DNA from: Cyanobacteria bacterium P01_D01_bin.156
Lineage (GTDB): Bacteria; Cyanobacteriota; Cyanobacteriia; Phormidesmidales; Phormidesmidaceae
Assembly (NCBI GenBank): GCA_039024555.1
Contig: JBCCQQ010000007.1
Coordinates: forward strand, 32,001-96,000
DNA: 64,000 bases
Reading direction: 5' to 3'
Shown here: piece after piece, positions 19,303-29,497 of the stretch
How positions within the stretch are numbered: position 1 is the first letter of the stretch
Layout: the number at the start of each line of letters is the position of its first letter
The notes under the pieces: model-generated
Database searches by the model: none
The model's input: only the letters and a program-made list of their open reading frames with translations
What the model was told of the DNA's origin: nothing
Position numbers and translations under genes: made by a program

Positions 19303-21816
19303 TTACAACCCAATTAAAAAGAAGGCTGCCCAATCTCGGGGGTTAGGATGTTTTTCTAATGTAGCTAACATTGCCTTACGCAGAGCCACTGCTTTATCCG
19401 GCTCTGTTTGTAGCTGATTGTAAAATTCCGTCATTAGCATTGCTGTGGCTTCATCGGGTACCGCCCACAGGGATGCGACTAAGTTGTTTGCTCCGGCTGC
19501 TAAAAAGGATCTTGACAGGCCGACTACACCATCTCCAGTAATCCTTCCCCGACCTGTATTGCAGGCACTTAAAACCACCAAATCCGCTTTTAGGTTTAAC
19601 TGCATTACCTCTTGGGCAGTCAGTAACCCATCATCAGATGGATCGTTGCTTACAGGTGTTAATGCGATCGCACTGCTCAACCCTTGCTGCTCATCCAATA
19701 ACCCATGGGTGGCTAGATGAATAATATCCGCATCGGCCAACCGTTCCCGAACAATGGCTTCTGTTGCTGCTGCACCCAGTAGTGGATCGGTATTGAGCAG
19801 AGGCGCGATCGCAACCGCCTCTGCCTCTGCCCCTGGTAACGGTGTTAACGGCATCGGGGGACCACCGAGTCTAATCGGCACCGACGGCATCTCTGGATTG
19901 CCCACAATTACAGCTGAACGATCCACACCTACCACCAGAGATTCCCCTGGGCGCTTTGCTAAACGCTGTTGCAAAATGGTTAGCGTCTGTAGCGACGGTG
20001 TTGTTACTAACGTGTGATTTTCAATCAGATACGTTCCTTCGGAACTTTGCAATGCTGGAAAGGGCACCAAAAACAGTTCCCGATGGGGTACCACAATTAC
20101 TTTTTCTGTAGACGAGGTTGGTAAATATTGCTCAATTGGCTCAACCAACACCCTATAAAGCTGTTGGAGATGCTCTGGATTTTTGATTGCCTGAGCCGTT
20201 TGAAAGCTCTGCCCCCAGGCATTAAAGCCACGTACGCCGAGACTATCTTGACTTGCCTGGAGTAATGTTTTGATGGAGCCCGGCTGCTGGGTTAAATCCA
20301 CCTGCTCGAAGTGGATATCGCCACTAGGCTGAACGACCCAAATCAATAGTGTGCGTTCCTCAAATCGACTCCGCCCCAAAGAAGGCTGACGAATCATAGA
20401 ATACTGCACCAGTGTGGCCGACTGTTGTTTGGCTAATGTTTTAATTTGATCAATGGTGAGGTTTTCAACAGCTGCAGTCGCTGTTGTTTCCGTTGACTGA
20501 TTTGCCAACAATTCAGCAAAGGCTCTAGCTCTCCCTCGTTCTGATACCTCCAGAGCGGCTTTTACGTTACCCTGCTCAATCAGGAGCTGTTGGAACTGAT
20601 CGTAAAGATAGGACTGGGTCTCAAACAGAGAGATTTTGTTAATGTCCTGTAGACCTGGTTGCAGTGCCTCAAATTTTTCTAGGGCTTCGTATAGTGTCTT
20701 TTCTGCTTTAGACCGGTTTCCCTGGCTCCGTTCAATATTGGCAAGGCCACTCAACGCTGTGATTTGCCCAATTTCGTCATAGTTGTTGCTGGCCCAGGCA
20801 TAGGCATTGGTGTAATACTCCAGTGCGGTCTCTGGTTGTTGCCGAGCTAAGTGTAACTGCCCTAAATGGCTTAATGTGCGGCTATATTCTGGCCCTACAT
20901 ATTTATCTCGATAGCCTAGGGCTTCTGTAAAGGTATCCAGTGCTTTATTAAACTGGCCTTGTTCCGCATATAGCTCTCCCAAACTGTTGAGAATACTGGC
21001 CAACTCGTGCCACTGACCAAAGGAAATAGCCACCTGCCGAGCTTCTAGATAAGCATCCCGTGCCTGAGCATAGGCCTGACGCTGTAGGTAAACATGCCCC
21101 AAACCATTCAGATAGCGGGGTATTCCCTGCCAGTAACCCATGGATTTTGCCGTTGCCAAGGCTGCTTCATAGGAAACTTCTGCCTGGTCGTAGTCTCCTA
21201 GGGTGTAGTGAATATTTGCCATTTCTCCCTGGGCACGGGCACGATCCACTCGATCTGAACTACGAGACAGGGTAGCCTGCAGCGTTGTGATGGCTCGGCT
21301 GTACTGCCCTGTGTGGCGATAGATTTCTCCCAGGGCCAGATTTACCCGATTGCGTTCTGCAAAGTCTGGTAGCAGACCTGGCTGTACCTGCCTCAGTCGC
21401 TGCCAGCTGCGGGAAATGTTCCCTTGCTCTAGCCAGATTAGCGCCTGCATTAGAAACTGTCGGTTTCGCTGGGGTAAAAATGCTGCTGACGGCAGTGACG
21501 GTTGTTCCGTTTGATTGAGTATTTGCTGGGCGCGGTTGTAGTTACCCAAACGATAGTAAGCAAAACTCAAATCAATCAGGCTGTTATGCTCTCCCACCGG
21601 GTCCCCGGCCTGGCGATATAGCTCGACTGCCATCTCTAAGGGACGAAGAGCGGCCCTGCTGTTACCGAGCTGTAAAAACGAACGCCCCTGCTGATATTGG
21701 GTTTGGGCACTGTTCTCTGTTGTGAATGTTGTCGGTTTAGAGTGTGCTGGTGCTATCCAAGGGCCGATCAGTAACCCCATACTTAGCAACCAACCAACCC
21801 TATGGAACTTGCTCAT
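19303..21816 (-). CDS. TPR + CHAT (caspase-like) domain protein with signal peptide
   Basis: Multiple TPRs, ERGRARAF, IHLATHG (His), LVVLSACNTG (Cys), SLWAVPD and WAAF. Confidence 0.93.
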   Translation of the reverse strand: MSKFHRVGWLLSMGLLIGPWIAPAHSKPTTFTTENSAQTQYQQGRSFLQLGNSRAALRPLEMAVELYRQAGDPVGEHNSLIDLSFAYYRLGNYNRAQQILNQTEQPSLPSAAFLPQRNRQFLMQALIWLEQGNISRSWQRLRQVQPGLLPDFAERNRVNLALGEIYRHTGQYSRAITTLQATLSRSSDRVDRARAQGEMANIHYTLGDYDQAEVSYEAALATAKSMGYWQGIPRYLNGLGHVYLQRQAYAQARDAYLEARQVAISFGQWHELASILNSLGELYAEQGQFNKALDTFTEALGYRDKYVGPEYSRTLSHLGQLHLARQQPETALEYYTNAYAWASNNYDEIGQITALSGLANIERSQGNRSKAEKTLYEALEKFEALQPGLQDINKISLFETQSYLYDQFQQLLIEQGNVKAALEVSERGRARAFAELLANQSTETTATAAVENLTIDQIKTLAKQQSATLVQYSMIRQPSLGRSRFEERTLLIWVVQPSGDIHFEQVDLTQQPGSIKTLLQASQDSLGVRGFNAWGQSFQTAQAIKNPEHLQQLYRVLVEPIEQYLPTSSTEKVIVVPHRELFLVPFPALQSSEGTYLIENHTLVTTPSLQTLTILQQRLAKRPGESLVVGVDRSAVIVGNPEMPSVPIRLGGPPMPLTPLPGAEAEAVAIAPLLNTDPLLGAAATEAIVRERLADADIIHLATHGLLDEQQGLSSAIALTPVSNDPSDDGLLTAQEVMQLNLKADLVVLSACNTGRGRITGDGVVGLSRSFLAAGANNLVASLWAVPDEATAMLMTEFYNQLQTEPDKAVALRKAMLATLEKHPNPRDWAAFFLIGL

Positions 21817-22122
21817 AATTTTTACCCTATGGCAAGACAGCCTCTACTATATGCGCGGCACGGCTGATTTTTAGGAGAAGCGTGGTTATCATGTTCGGAC
21901 TGTTTTGTTTCCTACCTCAGCAACGGTAGTCACCCCTTCGTTTCTACAGGCTCAACTGGACAATTTAGGAAAATTAGAGAAAGGATTAAACTACTCGACT
22001 ACTTTTCATAACTGAAAGCTACAGAGACGAACGTTTATCAATGGGTTGTGGACTTGCACCTCCCTGGTAGACCAGTTGCTATCCTTTGAGATGGTGGTGA
22101 GTTCCCAGGGCAAATTGGCAGC

Positions 22123-23352
22123 ATGAAGGTTCTACATAAACGGCGCTGGATAACGATCTTGCTGTTTGGTTTAGCAATACTCGTATCGCTTGGGTTTTGG
22201 TGGCACCGTGCCCCAGCTATGGGAACCAATGTAGCCGTAGCCACGAAGGCCAATTTCTGGGGAAAGCGCCATGTATCCACGGCGGTACAATCGGGTTTTG
22301 CCCAGGCGGACCAAGCCGCTCGTATGGCCCAGACAGCTCGCACCGTGGATGAATGGGACCAGGTGGTCAGTGCTTGGACAGGTGCGATCGCAACGTTACA
22401 AACGATTCCTGCCCAAAGTCCAGAACGTTTTTTTGTACAGCGCAAACAGCAAGAATACTTGGCTAACCTGGCCCTGGCCCAGCAACAGGCGGACAAAATG
22501 CCCAACGTATTTCCTAGCCTGGGCAGCGCCATTTTGGATGATCAGCTGCGGCTGTATTTGAGCTATGTTGCCACCTTTGGCCCACCGGAGATTTTAATGG
22601 TGGGTAGCTCACGGGCGCTGCAGGGAATGGACCCTCGACAGCTACAAGGACCATTAAACGAGCAGGGCTATTCTGTCAGGGTTTATAACTTTAGCGTGAA
22701 TGGTGCCACGGCTCAGGTGATGAACTTTGTGCTGCAGCGATTGCTAACGCCGGATCAGTTGCCCCAGCTGGTGATTTGGGGAGATGGTTCCCGTGCCTTT
22801 AACAGTCGGCGGCTGGATGTTACCTTTGCTCAAATTTTAGCCTCACCCGGCTACCAGGCGATGTTAGCCGGTCAGCGTCCAGGTTTTAGTGATAGTCCTG
22901 CGATTTCTAGACCTCCCACTGGCATTACGGCCTATGGTTTTTCGCCAGTGGCCGATGTGTTTGACCCGGCTGTTTTTTATCAAACCTATCCTCGGGTCAG
23001 TGGTCGCTACGACGGGTTTTATAATCCCTTTGGTCTAACCGGATTGCAAGAAGGCTCGTTGCGATCGCTAGTGGGCTATCTCAAAGGCCGCAACGTTGAG
23101 TTAATTTACGTCAATCTACCCCTCAGCGGCGACTACCTAGATAGCTTCCGTCTAGGCCTAGAGCAACAGTTTCAAGAATTTCTACAAACCGAGAGCCAGC
23201 GCCTAGGCTTTAAGGTCATTGATTTACTGACCCAATGGACCAGCCAAAATGTATTTTTTGCTGACCCCAGCCATTTAAACCAACAAGGTGCTGCCGCCAT
23301 TTCTCAACAGCTCACTAAAAACCCCCTCGTATTAGAAAAACTGAATGGTTAG
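22123..23352 (+). CDS. Membrane-anchored SGNH-like protein (DUF1574-like)
   Basis: N-terminal TM helix, VGSSRALQG, YNFSVNGATAQ and FADPSHLN. Confidence 0.75.
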   Translation: MKVLHKRRWITILLFGLAILVSLGFWWHRAPAMGTNVAVATKANFWGKRHVSTAVQSGFAQADQAARMAQTARTVDEWDQVVSAWTGAIATLQTIPAQSPERFFVQRKQQEYLANLALAQQQADKMPNVFPSLGSAILDDQLRLYLSYVATFGPPEILMVGSSRALQGMDPRQLQGPLNEQGYSVRVYNFSVNGATAQVMNFVLQRLLTPDQLPQLVIWGDGSRAFNSRRLDVTFAQILASPGYQAMLAGQRPGFSDSPAISRPPTGITAYGFSPVADVFDPAVFYQTYPRVSGRYDGFYNPFGLTGLQEGSLRSLVGYLKGRNVELIYVNLPLSGDYLDSFRLGLEQQFQEFLQTESQRLGFKVIDLLTQWTSQNVFFADPSHLNQQGAAAISQQLTKNPLVLEKLNG

Positions 23353-23833
23353 AGCAGTCATGACCTGCGATGTATCTATTGCAATGCCATAGCTGCTGTT
23401 GAAGCCTTATGAATATAATTTGAGCATATTAGTTACTTAAGGCCAGCAGTAGCTAAAAAAACGCTGTTGCTGATTTAGAGGATGAAACGCTCTGCAGAAT
23501 TTGCCAGTTACCTGGATTTAACAGCTCAACATCATCCCGAGGATCAGTAGCGCCAAAAAAACATTTGTTACGTGGCTAGATCTTGTTGCCCAAAAAACTG
23601 ACGCTTTTCCCTTTATTCGGTCCTGAGTTACTAATTTTGCATCAGATGTAACATCTAATCAGCAAACTGAGTGCGAGCTTGATTTACTAGTAACATAGGA
23701 GCAGGGACAGCCTTTAATATCATTACCATCTTTATAACGGCGATGTTTTTTAACTTCGCTCCAGTTTAGTTAATCAAAATCGTTCAAGAGAGCAGCAACG
23801 ATTAGCGTTAATACAAGCATTAGGAATACCAAC

Positions 23834-25051
23834 ATGGCATTAGTATTCTCAGTCACAAAATTCTCTCTATTTAGCTTGGTCACTGCGTCTGTTCTATTTC
23901 CATTAGAAGCCTCAGCAGCATCCCTCAGTCGCACAGACGTCTTTAGCAAACTCTACGTTTTTGGCGATAGTCTGTCCGATGCTGGCAATGTCTTCAATGC
24001 GACTACAGCCGTTAGTGAGCTACCACTGCCTCCAGGAGTGCCTGTTCCGCCGATTCTTCCCCCTGATCCACCGTACTTTCAGGGGCGTAATTCCAATGGT
24101 CCTGTTTGGGTGGAGTATCTTGCCGATGAACTGAATCTATCGCTAACCAACTCCACTGAGCTATCTACTGTCTTTCCAGGCGTACCTGTTTTCTCACCTA
24201 TTACCGTCTCAACAGCTGGACCAAGTGTTAGTCCTTTTTTCAATGGTGTGTTATCCACAACAGGGGTTAATTTTGCTTTTGGTGGCGCTCAAACAGGCTT
24301 TCAAGGCTCTACTGACTTTGGTGAGCTGATTCCCGGTGTATTGACTCAAGTGGGCTGGTTTTCCAGTGATCTAAACCTTGCAAGCACCACAGCCGATCCG
24401 GATGCCCTTTATGTTGTTTGGGCTGGGGCTAATGACTACTGGGGAGCAGATCCAGGAGAAGATACAACTCTTTTAAGTACGACGGCGATCAATAATTTAA
24501 CTGCAGCATTGGGGCAGCTGTACGACACGGGTGCTCGCAATTTTCTGGTGCCTAATTTACCCGATCTCGGCCTCACTCCCCGAGGCCAAATTTCTAGCTC
24601 AGAAAATCAGCGGCTGACTAACGTATCCCTTAGCCATAACAGTCTTTTAACCACAGCTCTTGATAGTCTCAGCTTGCTGCCCGATGCTGAAATATTCTCA
24701 CTGGATGCTTTTTCCCTATTCAACCAGGCCCTGACAAGTCCAGCTGACTTTGATTATGACAATGTGAGCGATGGGTGTTTGCTAGTGCCCACATGTTTGG
24801 GTAACCCTGCTGTGCAAGACAGCTTTTTGTTTTGGGACGATCGTCATCCAACAACATCGGCCCATGAGGAGATAGCAAACTTCGCCTTTGCAGCAGTTCC
24901 TGCCCCCACTAGCGTGCCAGAGCCTGCTAACACATCTGTTTTAGGAATACTGGGAGGTGCAGCCTTACTGCTGCGTCAGACTTTGAAACGACTGTCCCAA
25001 GGAAAAGCATTGCTGCCTCATCACAAAAAGCCCCGTAGCACTTGTAGTTAA
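23834..25051 (+). CDS. GDSL/SGNH lipase-esterase with PEP-CTERM sorting tail
   Basis: Signal peptide, FGDSLSDAGN, NFAFGGA, GANDY and FWDDRHPT. VPEP is followed by a hydrophobic helix and basic residues. Confidence 0.92.
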   Translation: MALVFSVTKFSLFSLVTASVLFPLEASAASLSRTDVFSKLYVFGDSLSDAGNVFNATTAVSELPLPPGVPVPPILPPDPPYFQGRNSNGPVWVEYLADELNLSLTNSTELSTVFPGVPVFSPITVSTAGPSVSPFFNGVLSTTGVNFAFGGAQTGFQGSTDFGELIPGVLTQVGWFSSDLNLASTTADPDALYVVWAGANDYWGADPGEDTTLLSTTAINNLTAALGQLYDTGARNFLVPNLPDLGLTPRGQISSSENQRLTNVSLSHNSLLTTALDSLSLLPDAEIFSLDAFSLFNQALTSPADFDYDNVSDGCLLVPTCLGNPAVQDSFLFWDDRHPTTSAHEEIANFAFAAVPAPTSVPEPANTSVLGILGGAALLLRQTLKRLSQGKALLPHHKKPRSTCS

Positions 25052-25063
25052 TCATTTACCAGC

Positions 25064-25106
25064 GAGCAGGTGTATTCTGCGCAGATAGCCCACACTACAC
25101 CTGCTC
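25064..25106. terminator. Stem-loop between convergent genes
   Basis: GAGCAGGTGTA (25064-25074) pairs with TACACCTGCTC (25096-25106). Confidence 0.5.
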
Positions 25107-25132
25107 TTCAAACGTAGCCCAATATCAGAGCT

Positions 25133-25759
25133 CTAATCGTCAAAGCCAGTCTCCTTGAGGATTTTCTCTATTTTGGCTCGATGGGCAGCCTGCCAAGACT
25201 CTAGGGACTGAGTTTTCTCTTTCTCGGCACACTGTTGGGCCAGCTCCCAAATAGCCCCTTGCCGCTCTGATGGAATTACAGCAATCCCTTCTTCGTCGGC
25301 GACAACAATATCCCCTGCTGCTACTTGAACACCGCCACAAATAATGGGGGTCTGTAGTGTTCCTATGCCTTTCTTTTTGCCTGGAATTGGCATTGCTCCT
25401 CGAGCAAAGACAGGAAACTGCAGTTCTCGCACTTCCGCCACATCGCGAATCACCCCATCAATAATAAATCCAGCAATTCCCCGCGCCTGAGCCGTGGCAC
25501 ACACATTACCACCGGCCATGGCATAGTCTACATCCCCAGCCTTTAAGACAATAACCGAGCCAGGAACTGCTCGATAAATAGCCGCATGAAACATGAGATT
25601 ATCCCGTGGTCCACAGCTAACGGGATAGGCGGGTCCGGCAATCCGGGGAATACGGGACCACATTTCCCGGATGCCCATATCCATAAACTGTTCTCGACCA
25701 AGACCGGCATCGGCATAGGTTGTCGGGGAGAATTCGTGAAAGTCTGAAGGTGAGGGCAT
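25133..25759 (-). CDS. RraA family / 4-hydroxy-4-methyl-2-oxoglutarate aldolase-like protein
   Basis: AG.A..V..G..DNL.FHAA, GG, RGIAGFIIDGVIRD and GDIVVADEEG. Confidence 0.88.
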   Translation of the reverse strand: MPSPSDFHEFSPTTYADAGLGREQFMDMGIREMWSRIPRIAGPAYPVSCGPRDNLMFHAAIYRAVPGSVIVLKAGDVDYAMAGGNVCATAQARGIAGFIIDGVIRDVAEVRELQFPVFARGAMPIPGKKKGIGTLQTPIICGGVQVAAGDIVVADEEGIAVIPSERQGAIWELAQQCAEKEKTQSLESWQAAHRAKIEKILKETGFDD

Positions 25760-25803
25760 GGGCGTTAGTAAAGATTAGACTGATTCCATAGTCTCCACTA
25801 CAT

Positions 25804-25873
25804 TACCGCGATGATTGAGCGCGCCGTTGTTTCATCGCGCCGTTGCTTCATCACGCTGTTGATTGAACACGCT
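25804..25873. repeat. Degenerate tandem array with 16-bp period
   Basis: CGCGCCGTTGTTTCAT / CGCGCCGTTGCTTCAT / CACGCTGTTGATTGAA / CACGCT, with a weaker unit at 25804-25819. Confidence 0.65.
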
Positions 25874-25902
25874 AAAGTGAAGGAGCTGTACAACCGTCTT
25901 CC

Positions 25903-27414
25903 ATGCAAGAAATTTGGTGGATCTTGATGTTTCGCCTGAGGACACAGCTAGCCTTACTGCAGCTAGCTGCGGTAGAGCCCTACGGCAGTATCGCCTATGA
26001 GTATGAGAAGAATTCCTACCCCCTAGCCATGGCAGATATGCTGTGGGGGCAACAGTCAGCGGCTCTGGATTTTTTACAACAGATAGACCCCCAAGCGAGG
26101 GAAACCCAGGGGATAGATCTGCTGTCAGGATTTACCCTCAAGGGTCAAATTCGCAAGTATTTTTACTTTGGTGACCAGTTAGATTCAGCCTATCGTCAGC
26201 GTATGTGGGAGGCGATGCATGAGTTTACTCGCAGAGATCCGCTTACCCGTACGGCCAACCCACCCCGTAAGTTTTGGTCTCGTTCCAAGGATGATTGCCA
26301 GACTCCGGTGGACTGTCGTAATACGGATAATCTTCGGGCCATGCGGGATACATCGGTGTATCTGATGGCGGAGGAAACCGGTAATGAGATCACACGGTTA
26401 GTCTATAAGCAACGGCTAGAACGTTACGTTTCTACGCTGTTGGACATTGGCATGGGGGAATGGGACAGTCCGGTCTACCACGGATTTACAACCGCTGCTT
26501 ATCTAAACCTGTACGACTTTGCAAAGGACCCTGAGGTCAAACAGCTAGCTCAAGATGCACTGGACTGGCTGTATCGCTCAGCGGCGATCAAGTACTGGCG
26601 CGGCAGCTGGAATGGACCATCTAAGCGTACCTATGGGGAAAATGCAGCCCGGTTTTTCTGGCTTCATTTTGGGGATGGCCCTGCACCGACAGACATCGAG
26701 CGAGACTGGCTCTATGGAATTACCAGCGACTATCTGCCACCGGATGAGGTGGTTGCGATCGCACAGCGTAAATTTGCTAAACCGGTTGAGTTACGGCGCA
26801 CCCATCCCCACTACGAAAATTGGAAACCGGGACGCTACGGTCCGGCCTTTTATGAAACGATTTATATGGGCCATAGCTACCAGCTCGGCAGTCTAGCAAA
26901 AGGTACCGGAGGCGATTGGAGTGGTTTTAGTCTGCGGGTGATGAATGATCGAGGCAGCACCGATGGGCTGACGGTAACTGCTCAAAAGCCCCACACCGTT
27001 GCCCAGTATAAAAATCTACTAATCTGGCAAGGGGCAGAAACACCGATAATCACAGCGCCTGATGGCTGCAGTACGGACACGACAACAGATAAAACATTTA
27101 TGGCCTGCGATCTCACCTGGATAGCGATTCATCCCTTTGAGACTGGCTTTGCTATAGAAATTGGAGAGTTTCAAAGTCACGGCAGCCTTGATAATTTTAC
27201 GCAAGCGGTTAATACTCACTCTCGGCTAACGGTGACAGAAGACCAGATTGAGTATAGGGGAAGTCGAAGAGAAACTGTTGCAATTTCATCTAATTCTCAG
27301 GGTACAGGGTTACCCCAGGTATGGCGCAACGGTGAGCTACATAAATGGCAAACCCACCATCAGGAAACAGAATTCTCATTGCAAAAACTTTCTCCCAGCC
27401 TGTTGTCTCCTTAG
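25903..27414 (+). CDS. Hypothetical protein (helical N-terminal half, beta-rich C-terminal half; polysaccharide-lyase-like fold is a guess)
   Basis: 503-aa ORF with motif-like blocks NTDNLRAM, GMGEWDSPVYH and YLNLYDFAKDP. Confidence 0.7.
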   Translation: MQEIWWILMFRLRTQLALLQLAAVEPYGSIAYEYEKNSYPLAMADMLWGQQSAALDFLQQIDPQARETQGIDLLSGFTLKGQIRKYFYFGDQLDSAYRQRMWEAMHEFTRRDPLTRTANPPRKFWSRSKDDCQTPVDCRNTDNLRAMRDTSVYLMAEETGNEITRLVYKQRLERYVSTLLDIGMGEWDSPVYHGFTTAAYLNLYDFAKDPEVKQLAQDALDWLYRSAAIKYWRGSWNGPSKRTYGENAARFFWLHFGDGPAPTDIERDWLYGITSDYLPPDEVVAIAQRKFAKPVELRRTHPHYENWKPGRYGPAFYETIYMGHSYQLGSLAKGTGGDWSGFSLRVMNDRGSTDGLTVTAQKPHTVAQYKNLLIWQGAETPIITAPDGCSTDTTTDKTFMACDLTWIAIHPFETGFAIEIGEFQSHGSLDNFTQAVNTHSRLTVTEDQIEYRGSRRETVAISSNSQGTGLPQVWRNGELHKWQTHHQETEFSLQKLSPSLLSP

Positions 27415-27454
27415 GCTAAATAAATGTCTTTTGGACGCATCTGTAGTGCTTAAT

Positions 27455-28012
27455 TTAATTCAGTAATTTGCGAGCGAGCAGCCAAACTTCGCATCTACCC
27501 AGATGCGGATCATCGGGCTGCAGTTGGTGCATCGTGTTGCGAATGGCAAACGCTGTATCACAATCGTCAATCAAGCCAAAACTGTTAACATTCGATGGAT
27601 GAAATGCGTCAGGAATTGAACCACAGTTGGTTAGTGTACTGTTACCAAAGTAGGCATCCATAATGTCGTAACCACAGGCGGTAAAGCCTGGAGGCACTTT
27701 ATGGATAACAGATGGGCATTCCATGACAGCAAGTACCTGATGTTTTGCTGGGTCCAGTGGTTGGCGTGTGAGCAGATAGTCAAGATTATGAAATAACCCT
27801 GTACGAAAGTCTTGGTGTATATTGTGCTGCCAGTCTTCGGACCGTAGTTCAGTGACGAGATCAGGACACATCATGGAATCTAGGGTGATTAGTTCTGTGA
27901 TGTGGATAAAGCCAGAAAAGGCTTGGTAGCTTTCAAAGCGTCCTTTCTGATCCGCTGTTAAACGCTCGCGAAGGGTATAGAGCCAATTGTGCGCGAGTTC
28001 CGGACTTACCAT
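27455..28012 (-). CDS. Hypothetical protein
   Basis: 185-aa ORF whose ATG overlaps the upstream GNAT stop (ATGGTAA). Motif-like GYDI...STLTNCG block. Confidence 0.7.
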   Translation of the reverse strand: MVSPELAHNWLYTLRERLTADQKGRFESYQAFSGFIHITELITLDSMMCPDLVTELRSEDWQHNIHQDFRTGLFHNLDYLLTRQPLDPAKHQVLAVMECPSVIHKVPPGFTACGYDIMDAYFGNSTLTNCGSIPDAFHPSNVNSFGLIDDCDTAFAIRNTMHQLQPDDPHLGRCEVWLLARKLLN

Positions 28013-28533
28013 AGCGCTGGATCGGATAAAGATTGGACACAGGCTATTTGGGTCAGAGGTTGTTTAATACTGCGTTCGCTAAGGATTATAGCCTGCCACC
28101 CAAAGGGATACTCTAGCTTGTAGGGTGGAATATAGCTTTCAGCAGCATCGGCATTAAAGCCAAATCTACCGTAGTAATTAGGGTCACCATAAACAAAAAG
28201 AATATCCACATCCACGATCGACAGCTGTTCCATGCCGGTTTCGATTAGCTGCGAACCAATGCGACGTTTTTGGTATTCGGGTTTAACAGCAAGGGGGGCC
28301 AGAATATAGCCTTTGCTATCACTGCTATCAAGAGTGACAGGACTAAAAGCCATGTGACCGACCACATTATCCTCACTTTCAGCCACCAAAGAGATGACTG
28401 AAGGCGTTGTTTTTTCTAACAGCAGGTTGATTGCCAGTTTGGCAACAACCTCTCGTTCACTCTCAGGAAAAGCAGACCAATGAACATTGTGAATATTGTC
28501 TTGATCACGATGTGTTGCTACTCGTATATGCAT
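28006..28533 (-). CDS. GNAT family N-acetyltransferase (YhbS-like)
   Basis: SLVA...VVGH.AFSPV, LAPLAV.P.YQ.R.IGS.LI and VYGDP.YYGRFGF. Confidence 0.9.
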   Translation of the reverse strand: MHIRVATHRDQDNIHNVHWSAFPESEREVVAKLAINLLLEKTTPSVISLVAESEDNVVGHMAFSPVTLDSSDSKGYILAPLAVKPEYQKRRIGSQLIETGMEQLSIVDVDILFVYGDPNYYGRFGFNADAAESYIPPYKLEYPFGWQAIILSERSIKQPLTQIACVQSLSDPALW

Positions 28534-28962
28534 GATTGACTCCTTTATGAAAGCTGAGAGGCAATAAGGGCTTGTTAAAAATTAGAATCATGGCCTTGTG
28601 CATTTAAATCATGACTTAACAAGCTTTTCAGGCTTAAACCGTGAAGTAGTTTCTTAACAGCTCATAAGAGTAAGTTAATACCTGGTAGATACTTTTTGTT
28701 TCTCTGATTGCATAGTGTTAGCTATCTTATAAACACAATATGGCTATGCTAGGTCACCCAGCACAATCTTATCTGATTCTGAAAGGGGCCAAACGGATAT
28801 TGCCTGCGACAAGTTGTGGAGTAATCGAGTAGTTTATTGTCCCCTCCGGCGCATTGATACAGCTTTGGGACATATGTCCTATTCAATTTAGGAAGTTTGG
28901 TACAAGCGCTGATCGGGGCAGATTGCATAGGATAAACATGTTCCAAACAAGGGAACATATTT

Positions 28963-29400
28963 ATGACTAATCGGAGCATTCTTATGCAATTTCGACTCAC
29001 ACGCAAACAAATCATCAACGCATTTTTACTAGTCGCTTTAGGAATCGGAAGTCTCAGCATTCAGCCCGCTGCTGCTCAGGTTAGCCGGAGCGCCTTTCGA
29101 GAAACAGCAGAAGAACTCGGTTTAAGCCGTTCGCAAATGCGAGAGGTAGGCGGTATCATGCGAAGTTTGAATTCTGAAGTTGAGGATATTCTCACGACTG
29201 AGCAGTTCGAGTTGATAAAAGCTGCCCGTGAGGAACAAAATCAGGATCCTCAGGCGCTACAGGAGGACCTCAATTTAACCGATTCCCAGGCGGAACAGCT
29301 AGCCTTAGCACGCCGAGAAACAGTTGTTGAGCTTCGCCAAGTACTCACTCCCACTCAACTTCAAGGGATTATGGACATGGCTGGGTTTACCCAGTTCTAA
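28963..29400 (+). CDS. Secreted small helical protein, Spy/CpxP-like LTxxQ repeats
   Basis: Signal peptide ending AAA-Q. Repeats LGLSRSQ, ILTTEQ, LNLTDSQ and VLTPTQ. Confidence 0.75.
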   Translation: MTNRSILMQFRLTRKQIINAFLLVALGIGSLSIQPAAAQVSRSAFRETAEELGLSRSQMREVGGIMRSLNSEVEDILTTEQFELIKAAREEQNQDPQALQEDLNLTDSQAEQLALARRETVVELRQVLTPTQLQGIMDMAGFTQF

Positions 29401-29435
29401 AGAAGATTTCATTGTGTTAAGGACACCTCCACACC

Positions 29436-29480
29436 AAAACTCCTCTTAATCTGATTTAAGAGGCTAAGAGGAGTTTTTTT
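29436..29480 (+). terminator. Intrinsic terminator-like hairpin
   Basis: AAAACTCCTCTTA (29436-29448) pairs with TAAGAGGAGTTTT (29465-29477), running into a T-tract. Confidence 0.7.
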
Positions 29481-29497
29481 CCATATTCGGTATTACG

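Noticed and set aside
22038..22532. 164-aa antisense ORF, and similar shadows such as 31744-32172, 36503-36973 and 47135-47587
   Set aside because: Each lies largely opposite a well-supported gene and has no recognisable motifs.
25804..25873. Short repeats here and at 16197-16232 as CRISPR arrays
   Set aside because: The units are contiguous and only 14-16 bp, with no unique spacers and no cas genes.
28534..28962. Leader of the Spy-like gene as a riboswitch, and ORF 28749-29060
   Set aside because: No convincing match to c-di-GMP, cobalamin or other aptamer consensus by eye. The ORF is antisense to a better-supported gene.
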